DNA of 64,000 bases from an uncultured Methanosarcinales archaeon (GTDB lineage Archaea; Nanobdellota; Nanobdellia; Woesearchaeales; JACPBV01). Location: NCBI GenBank assembly GCA_964618315.1, contig CAZTWQ010000002.1, forward strand, positions 22,980-86,979, written 5' to 3'. The position numbers and the translations under genes were made by a program. Below, in pieces: positions 1-10,062 of this stretch. Under the pieces are notes generated by a model, which was not told the DNA's origin, made no database searches, and worked only from the letters and a program-made list of their open reading frames with translations. Within the stretch, counting starts at the first letter, position 1. Each line of letters begins with the position of its first letter.

Positions 1-36
1 GGTTTTTAAATAACTCCTTTTTCTAATATTATTACA

Positions 37-1356
37 ATGATCGTAATGAAATTCGGTGGAAGTTCAGTTGGAGACGCTGACAGGATAAAAAATGTTTCTG
101 ATATAGTTAAGAGTAGATTAGACCAAAAACCAGTTGTAGTTTGTTCTGCAGTAAAAGGTGTGACGGATAAGTTAATCGATACAGCAGAAAAAGCAGCAAA
201 AGGAGAAGATGTCAGCAAAGAGCTGGAAGAAATCAAGAAAAGACATCATGATATTCTAAAGGATCTTGAGCTTGATGAAACTCTTGTAGATTCACAATTA
301 GATGAATTCTTTAAAGTAGTTGATAAGATATTTGTTATGAAAAATATGAATCCTGAGCTTTTGGATGAAGTACAAAGCTTTGGTGAAAGATGTTCTATCA
401 GATTAGTTGCTGCTTATCTTAACAAGATAGGGATAAAGGCAGAAGCTAAAGATGCTTATGATGTTGGTATGATAACAAATCCTGATTATGGAAAAGCAGA
501 ACCTTTGCCAGATGCAGAGGAAAAGATCAAAGAAGAGATCGAGAAAGTAGATGGTGTTCCTGTTGTTACAGGATTTATCGGTAAAGATTCTTCAGGTCAT
601 ATAACTACCTTAGGCAGAGGTGGCAGTGATTATACTGCAGGTATAATCGGCGCTGCATTAGGCGCTACTGTAGAGATCTGGACAGATGTTAATGGTATAA
701 TGAGTACTGATCCAAGGGTTGTTCCTGAAGCAAAGACCATACCTAATATAAGTTTTAATGAAGCTTCTGAACTGGCTTATTTTGGAGCTAGAGTATTGCA
801 TCCAAAAACAATATGGCCTGCTGTCAAGAAGAATGTTCCTGTTAAGGTATTGAATTCATTTGAACCAGATAATAAAGGAACTACCATTGTTAAAGAATCT
901 ACTAAAACTAAAGAGATAATAAAAGCAATTGCTGCTAAAAAGAACATCAATTTGATAACTTTAACTTCTAACAGGATGTTATTGGCACATGGTTTTCTTG
1001 CCAGAGTATTCTCTGTTTTTGAAGATTACAATAGGAGTGTCGATATGGTCGCAACATCTGAGGTTTCAGTATCATTAACAGTAGATAATGATAAGCATCT
1101 TGATGATATAAAAAGTGATCTTGAAGGGGTTGCTGATGTCAATATTGTCAAGGGAAAATCAATAATCTCTATTGTCGGTGACGGCATGAGCAACGTTCCC
1201 GGAATATCTGGAAGAACATTCTCTGCCTTGGGCAAGGCTAAGATAAACATAGAGATGATCTCCCAAGGAGCTTCAGAAATCAACATCAGCTTTATCGTTG
1301 ATGACAAAGATGCTGATAATGCAGTTAAGGTATTGCATAAAGAGTACTTTGGTTAA
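37..1356 (+). CDS. lysC: aspartate kinase with C-terminal ACT domains
   Basis: 439-aa ORF with N-terminal KFGGSSVG kinase loop, TTLGRGGSDYTA motif and two ACT-like repeats at the C-terminus. Confidence 0.9.
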   Translation: MIVMKFGGSSVGDADRIKNVSDIVKSRLDQKPVVVCSAVKGVTDKLIDTAEKAAKGEDVSKELEEIKKRHHDILKDLELDETLVDSQLDEFFKVVDKIFVMKNMNPELLDEVQSFGERCSIRLVAAYLNKIGIKAEAKDAYDVGMITNPDYGKAEPLPDAEEKIKEEIEKVDGVPVVTGFIGKDSSGHITTLGRGGSDYTAGIIGAALGATVEIWTDVNGIMSTDPRVVPEAKTIPNISFNEASELAYFGARVLHPKTIWPAVKKNVPVKVLNSFEPDNKGTTIVKESTKTKEIIKAIAAKKNINLITLTSNRMLLAHGFLARVFSVFEDYNRSVDMVATSEVSVSLTVDNDKHLDDIKSDLEGVADVNIVKGKSIISIVGDGMSNVPGISGRTFSALGKAKINIEMISQGASEINISFIVDDKDADNAVKVLHKEYFG

Positions 1357-1466
1357 ATCTTTTTTATTATTCTTTCTTTAGTTATATTATTTAGATAGAA
1401 ACATTTAAATATCTAGGTGACTAATTTTAATAGAAATGTATAAAAATATATATTTGTGGTGACTAA

Positions 1467-2345
1467 ATGGCTTTTGTGAGAAAGAAGAAAATAAATGGGC
1501 GATATTATTATTATGTCGTCACATCAACAAGGAATGAAGGAAAGATAAGAAAAGTAGAACGTTATGTTGGGATCAATCCCCCCACAGATAAAGACATCCA
1601 GAAATATGCTGATAAGTTTAATAGTACAAAAGGATTTTTATCATCTAAGGAATTGGATTTTGAGAAAATAAAAAAAGATTATCTCAGTAAATTAGGGGGT
1701 GGAAAAAAAGACGAACTTACTAATATAGAAGAAGAAATCCTTGTTAAGTTTACATATGATACTAATAGGATAGAGGGCTCTAGCTTAACCTATAAAGATA
1801 CCAAAATGCTTTTGCAGGAAGGTATAACACCAAAAGAGAAACCATTAATTGATGTAAAAGAGACTGAGAACCATAAGAAAGCATTCCTTTATATGAAATC
1901 AAATCTTAATAAAGATATCAGTAAAAGATTTATTCTGGAATTACATGGGATATTGAAGAAAGACATTGCAGAAGATGCAGGCATGTTCAGAAACGGCCAG
2001 GTCTTTGTTGGGGATCTTGTCCCGATAAGACCATCTATGATAGAAGCTGAAGTAAGCAACCTTATTTCGTGGTATAAGAAAAATAAAAAGATACCTCCTT
2101 TTGAGCTTGCAACCATTTTTCATTGTGTTTTTGAGAGACTACACCCTTTTTTTGATGGAAATGGGCGGGTCGGAAGATTGCTCTTAAATTTTATACTGCT
2201 TAAAAATGATTATCCTGTAATCATAGTCCAGAACAAGAATAAAAGAAGATATTATAATGCTTTAAGGAGGGCAGATAATGAAAATTATCTTTATATGATC
2301 AAATACCTCTTTTCTGAATTGATGAACCAAAAATATTGGAAATGA
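1467..2345 (+). CDS. Fic/DOC-family protein (AMPylase-type)
   Basis: 292 aa with canonical Fic motif HPFFDGNGRVGR (HxFx[DE]GNGRxxR). The basic N-terminus resembles the second Fic copy at 55767-56711. Confidence 0.85.
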   Translation: MAFVRKKKINGRYYYYVVTSTRNEGKIRKVERYVGINPPTDKDIQKYADKFNSTKGFLSSKELDFEKIKKDYLSKLGGGKKDELTNIEEEILVKFTYDTNRIEGSSLTYKDTKMLLQEGITPKEKPLIDVKETENHKKAFLYMKSNLNKDISKRFILELHGILKKDIAEDAGMFRNGQVFVGDLVPIRPSMIEAEVSNLISWYKKNKKIPPFELATIFHCVFERLHPFFDGNGRVGRLLLNFILLKNDYPVIIVQNKNKRRYYNALRRADNENYLYMIKYLFSELMNQKYWK

Positions 2346-2346
2346 A

Positions 2347-2745
2347 TTACCAAGGCCAGTCGATACACTCTTTAAATTTGAACAAAGAATAATCTGCCTT
2401 TCCGTTTATCACAAATGTCTTTACTCTGTTATCCTTCAATACTTCTTTTGCTTTTTCTAATGTTTTTCCTGTTTTTGATATACTATCCACTATTAGTATA
2501 TTTTTATTCTTCATCAATTTCAGTCTTTTATTTAATGGCTTTTTTAGTATTGGTTCTTCTCTTATAGGTTTATTTTCTTTGTTTCTGTAGTTTAGCCATA
2601 TTACTTCTACAGGTATATCTAAGAAATGTTTTAGTAAAGAAGCAGGCATTATCCCATCTTTTCCGATTGCTACTATCAAATCAAACTTCTGGAATTTTTT
2701 CGCTTTTATCTTTTCTGTTATCTGAGTCAATGTTAGTTTTTTCAT
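2347..2745 (-). CDS. small type-I phosphoribosyltransferase-family protein (purine PRTase-like)
   Basis: 132 aa with PRPP-binding loop ILIVDSISKTGKT. Confidence 0.6.
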   Translation of the reverse strand: MKKLTLTQITEKIKAKKFQKFDLIVAIGKDGIMPASLLKHFLDIPVEVIWLNYRNKENKPIREEPILKKPLNKRLKLMKNKNILIVDSISKTGKTLEKAKEVLKDNRVKTFVINGKADYSLFKFKECIDWPW

Positions 2746-2759
2746 ATGTTTATCGATTC

Positions 2760-3917
2760 CTAAGACTTCTTTTTCTTTGTTTTCTTCTTAGTTTTATTTC
2801 TACGGAAAAAGTTTGTCAATGCAACCTTCATTGCACCCAGACCTAGAAGCATTGCCAGAAACTTTACTATCCCACCAATATAGGGGGTGTTTGTAAGAAC
2901 TATGTATATCACTATACCCAAAGCCATAGGCATCACTAGATTCTTTGGTTTTTTGATTATCAGTTTTCCAATATAAAGTGATGCAAATATCTTTGACAGG
3001 TATATTGCCAGAATATATATCATAATTAATATTATAGTTATAGGCAGCCCGATTATTGTTATTGCAAATAATACTGCTGCTGCTGGAATCGCTATCAATG
3101 ACAATAGTCCAAATAAGATCGTCTGTAATGGCTTTTTTCTTATTGTGTCTGATAGTTTGTTGGATACATTTGGCATGATCAATACTATGATTATGCTTAT
3201 CAGTAATAATACAAAAGCACCAAATAATCTTAAGTCATTTTTGTTTATATCGACTAATTTGATATTTGCTACTTCTTTTGTTATTGTGCCCTCTATCTGT
3301 TCTTCTTTGAACATAATCTCATCGCTTGTGTATTTTAAGTCTCCTTTGATCAAAGCATCTTTCCCTAGCTTGATCTTGCCTGCCTTGACTTCTACATTTC
3401 CTTCGATTATACTGTTTATCTTCAGTTCACCAGCCATGATCACCATATCTCCAAAGACCTGGCTATTGATGTTTATGTTGCCACCCATAGCAATGATGTC
3501 CCCAAGAACATTTTGATTTAGATTTATGTTGCCCCCCATAATCCTGATGTCTCCATTTACACCATTATTTACATTGATATTTCCACCAGCACTCATAAGA
3601 TCGCCAGTTATTATAGAATTAATATTTATATCTCCACCACATGCATGAACCCCTTCTCCAACTGGTGCATTTATATTTATTGCTCCACCAAAAGTTGTAC
3701 TATGCTTGCTTATTGGGGAGTTTACATTAATCTCCCCCCCAAATGCCGTTAAATCACCATTTATATTTGCGTCAATTGTTATCTCATTGCCTGCTGCATA
3801 GAGGTTTTCATCTATTTGATCTTCTACCACTATCTCTCCTTGTTCTATCACTTTAAGTGCAGATACTGCAGTTAATAATATAATCAACACAAACATATAT
3901 GGTATTATTTTTCGCAT
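2760..3917 (-). CDS. membrane protein with bactofilin-like (polymer-forming) beta-helical repeats
   Basis: 385 aa. N-terminal hydrophobic signal/anchor, about nine tandem GD(I/L)xxxGGxININ-type repeats, then a multi-TM C-terminal half and a poly-Lys tail. Confidence 0.5.
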   Translation of the reverse strand: MRKIIPYMFVLIILLTAVSALKVIEQGEIVVEDQIDENLYAAGNEITIDANINGDLTAFGGEINVNSPISKHSTTFGGAININAPVGEGVHACGGDININSIITGDLMSAGGNINVNNGVNGDIRIMGGNINLNQNVLGDIIAMGGNININSQVFGDMVIMAGELKINSIIEGNVEVKAGKIKLGKDALIKGDLKYTSDEIMFKEEQIEGTITKEVANIKLVDINKNDLRLFGAFVLLLISIIIVLIMPNVSNKLSDTIRKKPLQTILFGLLSLIAIPAAAVLFAITIIGLPITIILIMIYILAIYLSKIFASLYIGKLIIKKPKNLVMPMALGIVIYIVLTNTPYIGGIVKFLAMLLGLGAMKVALTNFFRRNKTKKKTKKKKS

Positions 3918-4126
3918 TTGGTTTACCTCCGAGTAAATATAGTATAAGGTTTAAATTCTTAATACCTAACTCATCATAATTATTAACTTTAGGTTTTATG
4001 TATATAAATATTTGTGTTCTTGGATATACTGATAATATACTGTTGCTATACCATGCTAATTATACGATAATTATATATAATACATCAATATTGATGTTTG
4101 TAAACAAAAACTTAAATGGTGATAAC

Positions 4127-4321
4127 ATGACTGAAAAGAAAAAAGGTTATTGGAAACAAATTTTCCAAGAATCCCGCTGGGATTTTTTTAAAAGCTTAGT
4201 TGATAAAATAGATAAGAAGATGGAAAAGAAAGCTTTTGTACCCAAAAGTTCGAGCAGAGCTCAATCTAAAGAAAAAGGATGCTGCTGTGGAGATAGTTCA
4301 GAAGACTCATGCTGCAAATAA
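4127..4321 (+). CDS. small Cys-rich protein (C-terminal CCCG...SCC cluster)
   Basis: The ATG at 4127 is preceded by a GGTGAT Shine-Dalgarno site. The track start at 3998 adds an implausible AT-rich leader. The C-terminus is [15 protein letters not shown], and the ORF overlaps the next gene by 13 nt. Confidence 0.45.
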   Translation: MTEKKKGYWKQIFQESRWDFFKSLVDKIDKKMEKKAFVPKSSSRAQSKEKGCCCGDSSEDSCCK

Positions 4322-5265
4322 TTGTAGATAAGTTATTGTATTCTTTTTTCAATCTTGATTCAAATTCAAGATTTGTACAGTCTTTAAACTTTTTTATCTA
4401 TGATTCTGTAAAGATTTTATTATTGTTATTTGTTATGATAGCTATTATTGGATTTTTACGGACTTATATCCATCAGGATAAGATTAAAAAGTGGCTTACT
4501 AATATGAAGATGGGCTTGGGGAATCTGTCTGCCTCTTTATTTGGAGCAATTACTCCATTTTGTTCGTGTTCATCCATCCCTATATTTCTAGGGTTTTTAG
4601 AAGCAGGAGTTCCATTAGGTATAACTTTTTCTTTTTTGATAACCTCCCCATTGATCAATGAATATTTGGTTGTTTTGATGTGGGGCTTTTTTGGATGGAA
4701 GATTACATTAGCATATATTATAAGTGGAATTTTGATTGGAACAATATCCGGCATAATCCTTGGAAAGATGAAACTTGAAAAGCATCTTGTTAAGGATCTT
4801 ATTACAAAGAAAGTTAAGGTTAAAGAGGCAATATATGATAATCTGAAAAGTAGATTCTATTTTGGGATAGCTGAAGCAAGGTCTATTGTAAGGAAGATCT
4901 GGTTATGGGTGTTGGTGGGTGTTGGGATTGGTGCTGCAATACATAATTATGTTCCTCAGGAAATCATCCAAAGTATAATCAATAAAGGGGGGATATTTAC
5001 TGTGCCTATCGCAACATTATTAGGTGTTCCTATGTATGGCAGCTGTGCTGCAATTGTTCCAATAGCTGTTGTTTTATTTCAGAAAGGGATTCCATTAGGA
5101 ACTGCATTGGCTTTTATGATGGCAACTGCTGCTTTAAGTCTGCCTGAAGCCATTATACTAAGAAGGGCTATGAAGTTGAAGTTAATAGCTATATTCTTTG
5201 GAATAGTTACTTTAGCAATCATATTTACAGGGTATCTGCTTAATGCATTGCAGGTATTCTTGTGA
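4309..5265 (+). CDS. two-repeat permease (COG0701 / ArsP-like family)
   Basis: 318 aa, polytopic, with paired Cys motifs [13 protein letters not shown] and [13 protein letters not shown] typical of this permease family (from memory). Confidence 0.65.
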   Translation: MLQIIVDKLLYSFFNLDSNSRFVQSLNFFIYDSVKILLLLFVMIAIIGFLRTYIHQDKIKKWLTNMKMGLGNLSASLFGAITPFCSCSSIPIFLGFLEAGVPLGITFSFLITSPLINEYLVVLMWGFFGWKITLAYIISGILIGTISGIILGKMKLEKHLVKDLITKKVKVKEAIYDNLKSRFYFGIAEARSIVRKIWLWVLVGVGIGAAIHNYVPQEIIQSIINKGGIFTVPIATLLGVPMYGSCAAIVPIAVVLFQKGIPLGTALAFMMATAALSLPEAIILRRAMKLKLIAIFFGIVTLAIIFTGYLLNALQVFL

Positions 5266-5366
5266 TACAACCATATGATTCTTTTGTTGTAAATGATTGA
5301 ATTTCTGATTATTTGTTGAAGTAATGTTTATAAACAGAAAGGTATTCTCAAGAATCAGGTGGTAAT

Positions 5367-5960
5367 ATGATAAAAAGCTTTTGGGAAACTACATCTGGGA
5401 AAAGAGTTTTGTTCTTATTAATGATACCTTTAGTTGTTTTACTGAATTATTTTGCTGTGAAGACTGCAATATTTCTGAAAATACCTTTTTTTCTTGATAC
5501 CTGGGCAACTGCATTAGGAGTTATGGTTGGAGGATTAGCAGTTGGTTTAGTTGGAGGTATTTTATACAATCTGATCATGATGACTGAATGGGGGGCTTCT
5601 GCGTGGGTATGGGCTTTTGCAAATATATCAGTTGCATTATTAGTATATACATTCTGGAAATTAGGATGGGTCAATATAAGAAAGCCAGGTAAGTTATTGG
5701 TATCTGCTTTGATTATTGGATTGATTGAGACAGTTGTTGTAATTGTTATATTATTTACTGCATGGGGTGGCGTAGAAACATACGAAGGTGTGCTGCCGAC
5801 TTATACTACTCTTCTTGATGCAACTGGAAGCAAAGTAATAGCTGCAATCGGTGAGAAATTTATTACAATACCTGTTGATCAGATAGTTTCTTTGTTCCTT
5901 GCTGCAATTGTAGCATCTTCAATCTCAAAAAAGTTTATCCTGACTAAGAGGAAAAACTAG
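5367..5960 (+). CDS. polytopic membrane protein (ECF-transporter S-component-like)
   Basis: 197 aa, about 5-6 TM helices, Gly-rich helix GGLAVGLVGGILYNL. Confidence 0.45.
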   Translation: MIKSFWETTSGKRVLFLLMIPLVVLLNYFAVKTAIFLKIPFFLDTWATALGVMVGGLAVGLVGGILYNLIMMTEWGASAWVWAFANISVALLVYTFWKLGWVNIRKPGKLLVSALIIGLIETVVVIVILFTAWGGVETYEGVLPTYTTLLDATGSKVIAAIGEKFITIPVDQIVSLFLAAIVASSISKKFILTKRKN

Positions 5961-5969
5961 GTGTATAAG

Positions 5970-6668
5970 ATGGCTATTGAATATACACTACAATTATTTG
6001 GTTTTGATGTAGTTGCACAGGTTTTTATCTTGGTTGCGATAATGATGATGTATCTGAGAACTAAGGAATTATCATCTTTAAGTCTTCAGAAAGGGATAAA
6101 ATATCTTAACTATGCAATGTTATCATATTTGTTGAGTTTTACATTTAGGTTTGTCAGTACAATATATGATTTCTTTTTAGATAATATGTTTGGAACATAT
6201 ACGAAAACAATCTATGGTTTAGTATTTTCATTATTTAACATCTATGGTGCATTGCTTGGTGGTTTTTTCCTTGCATATTGTCTAGTGTGGAGAAGATTTG
6301 AAAAAGACCAGATAATGAAATGTTCAATTGGCAGGGTTGTTTCTTTATATCTAATATCTTTGATGATTGTTATAGCAGATATCCATTTTATGTTGATTGG
6401 TTATTTTATCACAGCTTATTTCTTCTATATTTCTGTGTTTACCATGCTGTTATACGCAATAATAACCAGCCATAAGGTAGTTGGGGGAAAAATAACCAGC
6501 ATAAATCCATTCTTATCTCTTGTCGGATTAGGATTAGGGGTCTATGCAGTTACTTTAATTGAGAATCTTTTGGTAAATTTTTTGTTTACTGTACATTACT
6601 ATAGTTTAGCTCTCTCAGCAATATTTACCCTAACTCTTTTATATCATGTTTTAAAGATTATCAGGTGA
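5970..6668 (+). CDS. polytopic membrane protein, unknown function
   Basis: About 7 TM helices. The ATG at 5970 lies 6 nt after an AGGTG Shine-Dalgarno site. The track's GTG start at 5961 lies inside that site. Confidence 0.45.
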   Translation: MAIEYTLQLFGFDVVAQVFILVAIMMMYLRTKELSSLSLQKGIKYLNYAMLSYLLSFTFRFVSTIYDFFLDNMFGTYTKTIYGLVFSLFNIYGALLGGFFLAYCLVWRRFEKDQIMKCSIGRVVSLYLISLMIVIADIHFMLIGYFITAYFFYISVFTMLLYAIITSHKVVGGKITSINPFLSLVGLGLGVYAVTLIENLLVNFLFTVHYYSLALSAIFTLTLLYHVLKIIR

Positions 6669-6670
6669 AA

Positions 6671-7672
6671 ATGACAAAAATAGTCCTTACAAATTCATTT
6701 AGGGGTGGAACAGGCAAGTCTACTATAATCAGCAATATAGGCAGTTATCTGGCCACGCTAGGCATGAAGGTAGTGATTATTGATGGTGATATTATAAGTC
6801 CTGGTATTCATGCAATATTCGGTTTGAGCGAAGAGAGTTTTACAAAAACCCTTACTGATTTTTTATTAGGCAAAGGGGATATTGCAGATGCAGTGTATGA
6901 TATTTCAGATAATTTAGGCTTAAGTCAGAATTCCATTATGTTAGTTCCTTCTTCTATTGCCAGCGGTGAGATAGTTACGTTATTGCAGCAGACTGGAAAT
7001 GCTGATAAGATGGCAAATGGGCTTAAAAGAATCAAAGAGAAGTTTGAGCCTGATTTTATATTAATTGATACACATCCGGGTCTTAATGATCCTTTTTTAG
7101 TTGCTACTGGTTTTAGTGATATTATCCTTAATATAGTGAGACCCGACAATCAGGATTACCAGGGAGCACAAGTAAGTGCAGAAATCTCTAGAAAAATGAA
7201 TATAAAGATGTATCTGATACTTAATAAGGTTCATAAAAAGATTGGGAAAAGTAAGTTGATCAAGAATGTAGAAGATGCTTTTAATCTGCCAGTTGCAGGC
7301 GTTTTGCCTTTTTCTGATGATGTGCTTTTTTCTGAATCTCAATTTGTTTTTTCTGAAAAATACCCTAATCATAAGTTTAGTGCGGAAATACATAATATAG
7401 TCACTAAAGTGTTTAACATCAAACCAAAAGAACATTTAGAGGTTATGCATGATCTATTGCAGTATATTAAAGATGGTAAAAAATGTTCGATAGATAATAT
7501 CTCTGGTGCTAAGGATTTGCCTTGTAAGAATTCTGGTGAATATCTGGATACATTTATTGAAGATGGTTTTATCAGGGAAATCAAGGGGAATTTAAAAATA
7601 ACTAAAAAAGGATCTAAATTCCTTAAGAAGTATCAGATTATTAAAAGATTTGCAGATGATTTTAGGCTTTAG
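6671..7672 (+). CDS. MinD/ParA-family P-loop ATPase with C-terminal winged-helix-like domain
   Basis: Deviant Walker A SFRGGTGKST and IIDGD motif, plus a ~85-aa basic C-terminal domain. The ATG at 6671 follows an AGGTGA Shine-Dalgarno site. The stop of the upstream gene overlaps. Confidence 0.75.
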   Translation: MTKIVLTNSFRGGTGKSTIISNIGSYLATLGMKVVIIDGDIISPGIHAIFGLSEESFTKTLTDFLLGKGDIADAVYDISDNLGLSQNSIMLVPSSIASGEIVTLLQQTGNADKMANGLKRIKEKFEPDFILIDTHPGLNDPFLVATGFSDIILNIVRPDNQDYQGAQVSAEISRKMNIKMYLILNKVHKKIGKSKLIKNVEDAFNLPVAGVLPFSDDVLFSESQFVFSEKYPNHKFSAEIHNIVTKVFNIKPKEHLEVMHDLLQYIKDGKKCSIDNISGAKDLPCKNSGEYLDTFIEDGFIREIKGNLKITKKGSKFLKKYQIIKRFADDFRL

Positions 7673-7685
7673 GTTTTTGAGGTAT

Positions 7686-8429
7686 TCATTTCTTAGTTGA
7701 CTCTTCACTCTTATTTTGCAGTTTCTTCTTTTTTTCAGGTTCAGAAAGATAGTTTTGCCTAGTTGTTACTGGACGGCATAATTCTTTTTCAGCATCAATC
7801 CTCGCATTTCCTTCTACATTTCCACCCCTTTTGGCAACATCTTTGTTTTTAGTAAAAGTTTCTGGTTTTTCTTCTTGTGAAATCTCAGTTGTCATACGTT
7901 CACCAAGCATTGTAAAAATTAACTCTAAATCATTCATATGATCTCTCAAATTTGCTTTTGACCGTTTTGGCAGATTCTTGAATTTTTTGTACTCAGAGGG
8001 AATCATTCCGAATGTAGCTTTAGAAATCTCTGCTGTGAGGATTGCAAAATCTCTCTTTTCTTCAATACCTCTTTCTCTCCATTCATCAGTTAGATTTTGC
8101 CTTATAGCGACACCTCTTAATCTCTTATCAATCCAATCTTTAGGGTAACCTTTTGCAGAGTAAATTTCTTTCATTCTTGCTTGAGCAAGTTCAGGATTCT
8201 CTATTTCATCAATTCGTTCTTTTCCTACTTTCGCAAGCCATCTTTTGAAAGGTTCAGCATTTTTGCTTGGAATTGATTGTATAAGCCGAAAAACATCTTT
8301 GGTATTTCCTGCAAGAATGTTTCTCTTTTTACCTGTTTCAGTCAGCATTTCTACATGGGGACAATTTGTCCCTATGTAGCTTCCAAGTTCTTCCTCTCTT
8401 TTACGTAGCTTTTTCCATTTGAAGAAATA
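7686..8429 (-). pseudogene. 5'-truncated Bro-N/DinD-like (prophage antirepressor-type) gene remnant
   Basis: The 220-aa ORF matches the C-terminal two-thirds of DinD/Bro-N-type proteins (RLIQSIPSKNAEPFKRWLAKVG ... DLELIFTMLGE). The frame stays open to 8429 without a start codon, and the N-terminal Bro-N domain is missing. Confidence 0.55.
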
Positions 8430-8545
8430 CTAGCTTGGGACTGAATTTATGCTGCAAATAAGATTTAGGGTATTCTGTCTAACGTTTTATAAAAAACCAA
8501 TAACAAAAAATAATAACTAATAAAAAAGAACAAATAATAAAAATA

Positions 8546-8762
8546 ATTCAAACTGACGGCTATCCCCGACCTAAATCTCAAGCTTGCTTGAGGGGTTAGA
8601 AATTTTAATTTCTAAGCGATTGGGGTATTTGCCGTCGGTTTGAATTCTTAGAAATTTCGCACTGAAGTGCGGGGTATTACTTTAGAATGTGAAGTCATTC
8701 TAACGGATTAGAAATGCTAAGCATTTCAAATATACCCCGTGAAAATTTCTTACGAAATTTCC
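8546..8762. ncRNA. hairpin-dense structured non-coding region (candidate ncRNA or decayed element)
   Basis: A 15-bp closing helix (8546-8560 / 8631-8645) encloses UAUCCCC/GGGGUAU plus two hairpins. A second GGGGUAU/AUACCCC-closed module has three more hairpins. The region is more GC-rich than its A-rich flanks, and a TATA-like TTTTATAAAAAA box lies at 8485-8496. Confidence 0.3.
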
Positions 8763-8775
8763 AATAAAAAATAAA

Positions 8776-10062
8776 TTATTTATTCTTCACTATTTTCTTC
8801 AAGAAACTTTCACCATAGCTGCCTTCTACTCTCTTTGGTTCTACTTTCTTTTTGCTTTTCTTTTGTTTCTTATATACTTTCCAGCCTATGAATCCTGCTA
8901 TCAATATAATTCCTAGACTTACTATCTTCCATGGGTTGTTTGGTTTGTGTTTTGATACTGTAATTGGTATCTTTTCGTTATATGTCAATACATCGTCACC
9001 AACTATACTTTTTATCTCTATATCCAGGAAGTATTTTTGCAGATTTGCATCGTCGTCCAACTTAAATTCTAATGTTCCTTGTCCTTCTTCTCCAGGTTCT
9101 AATATTGGGGCTATAAAGTCTGAGCTTTTTTCAAAGCTAATTGGCTGTTCTGTCTTTCCATAGACTTTGATCCTTACAGATTCGCCTTTTTCTTCCCCTA
9201 TGTTCTTTATAGTGATTCTTAGCCTTATATCTTTGTCACCTGCTTTTAATACTGATTGTGACAATTCTGCATTTGTTATGTTGTATATGGGGACTGCTTT
9301 GATGGCTATCTTTAATGGAATCTCTATCTCTTTGAATTCATAATCATCTTCTTCCTCATCTGGCTTGTATTTATAGGTTGTTTTTATTCCTGCTGTGTGT
9401 TCTTTTGGTATGACTGTTTTATCTACATCTATATAGAAAGTTGCTTTTGAAGTAGAGTCTGCTTCAATATTGCCCAGTAACGAAGATCCGGAATAACTTT
9501 CTGATAATGTGACCCCCCTTGGCAAGTTTACAAGTTCTGCTTTTACTCCTTGTGCTTTCCCATCTCCTAGATTTTGTATTGTAACTTCAAGTTTTACGTT
9601 TTCATCATCTGGTTTTATCCTTAATGGGTCTGATTCAATATCCCCTACAGCAAGATCAACATCTTTGAAGTCTTTGTCTGTTACTTCTATTGACAGATCT
9701 CTTTTTAATGAAGCTGTAGTTCCTTTTGTAATCCTTGCTTCTATTATGTGGGAACCCTTAAATGCTACATCATCTACTAAGAATCTGAATTGTACTATAT
9801 GGGACCCTCTTGAAGGTATTATCCCTATTGTTTTTTTATTTGGTTCACCTGATGTAAGTTTTAAGCCATCTTTAGGTGTAATTTCTATGACCAGATCTTT
9901 TTCTGCCTCATTACTTGGGTTGTCTACCTTGAACCAAATGTTAACTGCTTTTCCTGCTTCTGCAGGTCTTGGGTCATAGTCGTTTACACTAATATCAAGT
10001 GCACTTACTGCTGTGCTGAATAATAAAAGCACCATCATTAATAACATTATTTTATTCTTCAT
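8776..10062 (-). CDS. secreted/anchored S-layer-like (COG1361/CARDB-type) protein
   Basis: 428 aa with N-terminal signal peptide, beta-rich repeats, and a C-terminal TM plus Lys-rich tail. It overlaps the upstream RND gene by 4 nt. Confidence 0.55.
   Translation of the reverse strand: MKNKIMLLMMVLLLFSTAVSALDISVNDYDPRPAEAGKAVNIWFKVDNPSNEAEKDLVIEITPKDGLKLTSGEPNKKTIGIIPSRGSHIVQFRFLVDDVAFKGSHIIEARITKGTTASLKRDLSIEVTDKDFKDVDLAVGDIESDPLRIKPDDENVKLEVTIQNLGDGKAQGVKAELVNLPRGVTLSESYSGSSLLGNIEADSTSKATFYIDVDKTVIPKEHTAGIKTTYKYKPDEEEDDYEFKEIEIPLKIAIKAVPIYNITNAELSQSVLKAGDKDIRLRITIKNIGEEKGESVRIKVYGKTEQPISFEKSSDFIAPILEPGEEGQGTLEFKLDDDANLQKYFLDIEIKSIVGDDVLTYNEKIPITVSKHKPNNPWKIVSLGIILIAGFIGWKVYKKQKKSKKKVEPKRVEGSYGESFLKKIVKNK

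Noticed and set aside
8546-8557. The 12-mer ATTCAAACTGAC is shared by the structured region (8546) and the first bases of the 708-bp cassette (39173), suggesting a common element terminus.
   Set aside because: Exact 12-mer matches are expected by chance many times in 64 kb of AT-rich DNA. The similarity does not extend.
8590-8762. A cluster of TTAGAAAT-stem hairpins that could be mistaken for a degenerate CRISPR array.
   Set aside because: The units differ in length, sequence and spacing. They pair with each other in nested helices rather than forming repeat-spacer units.
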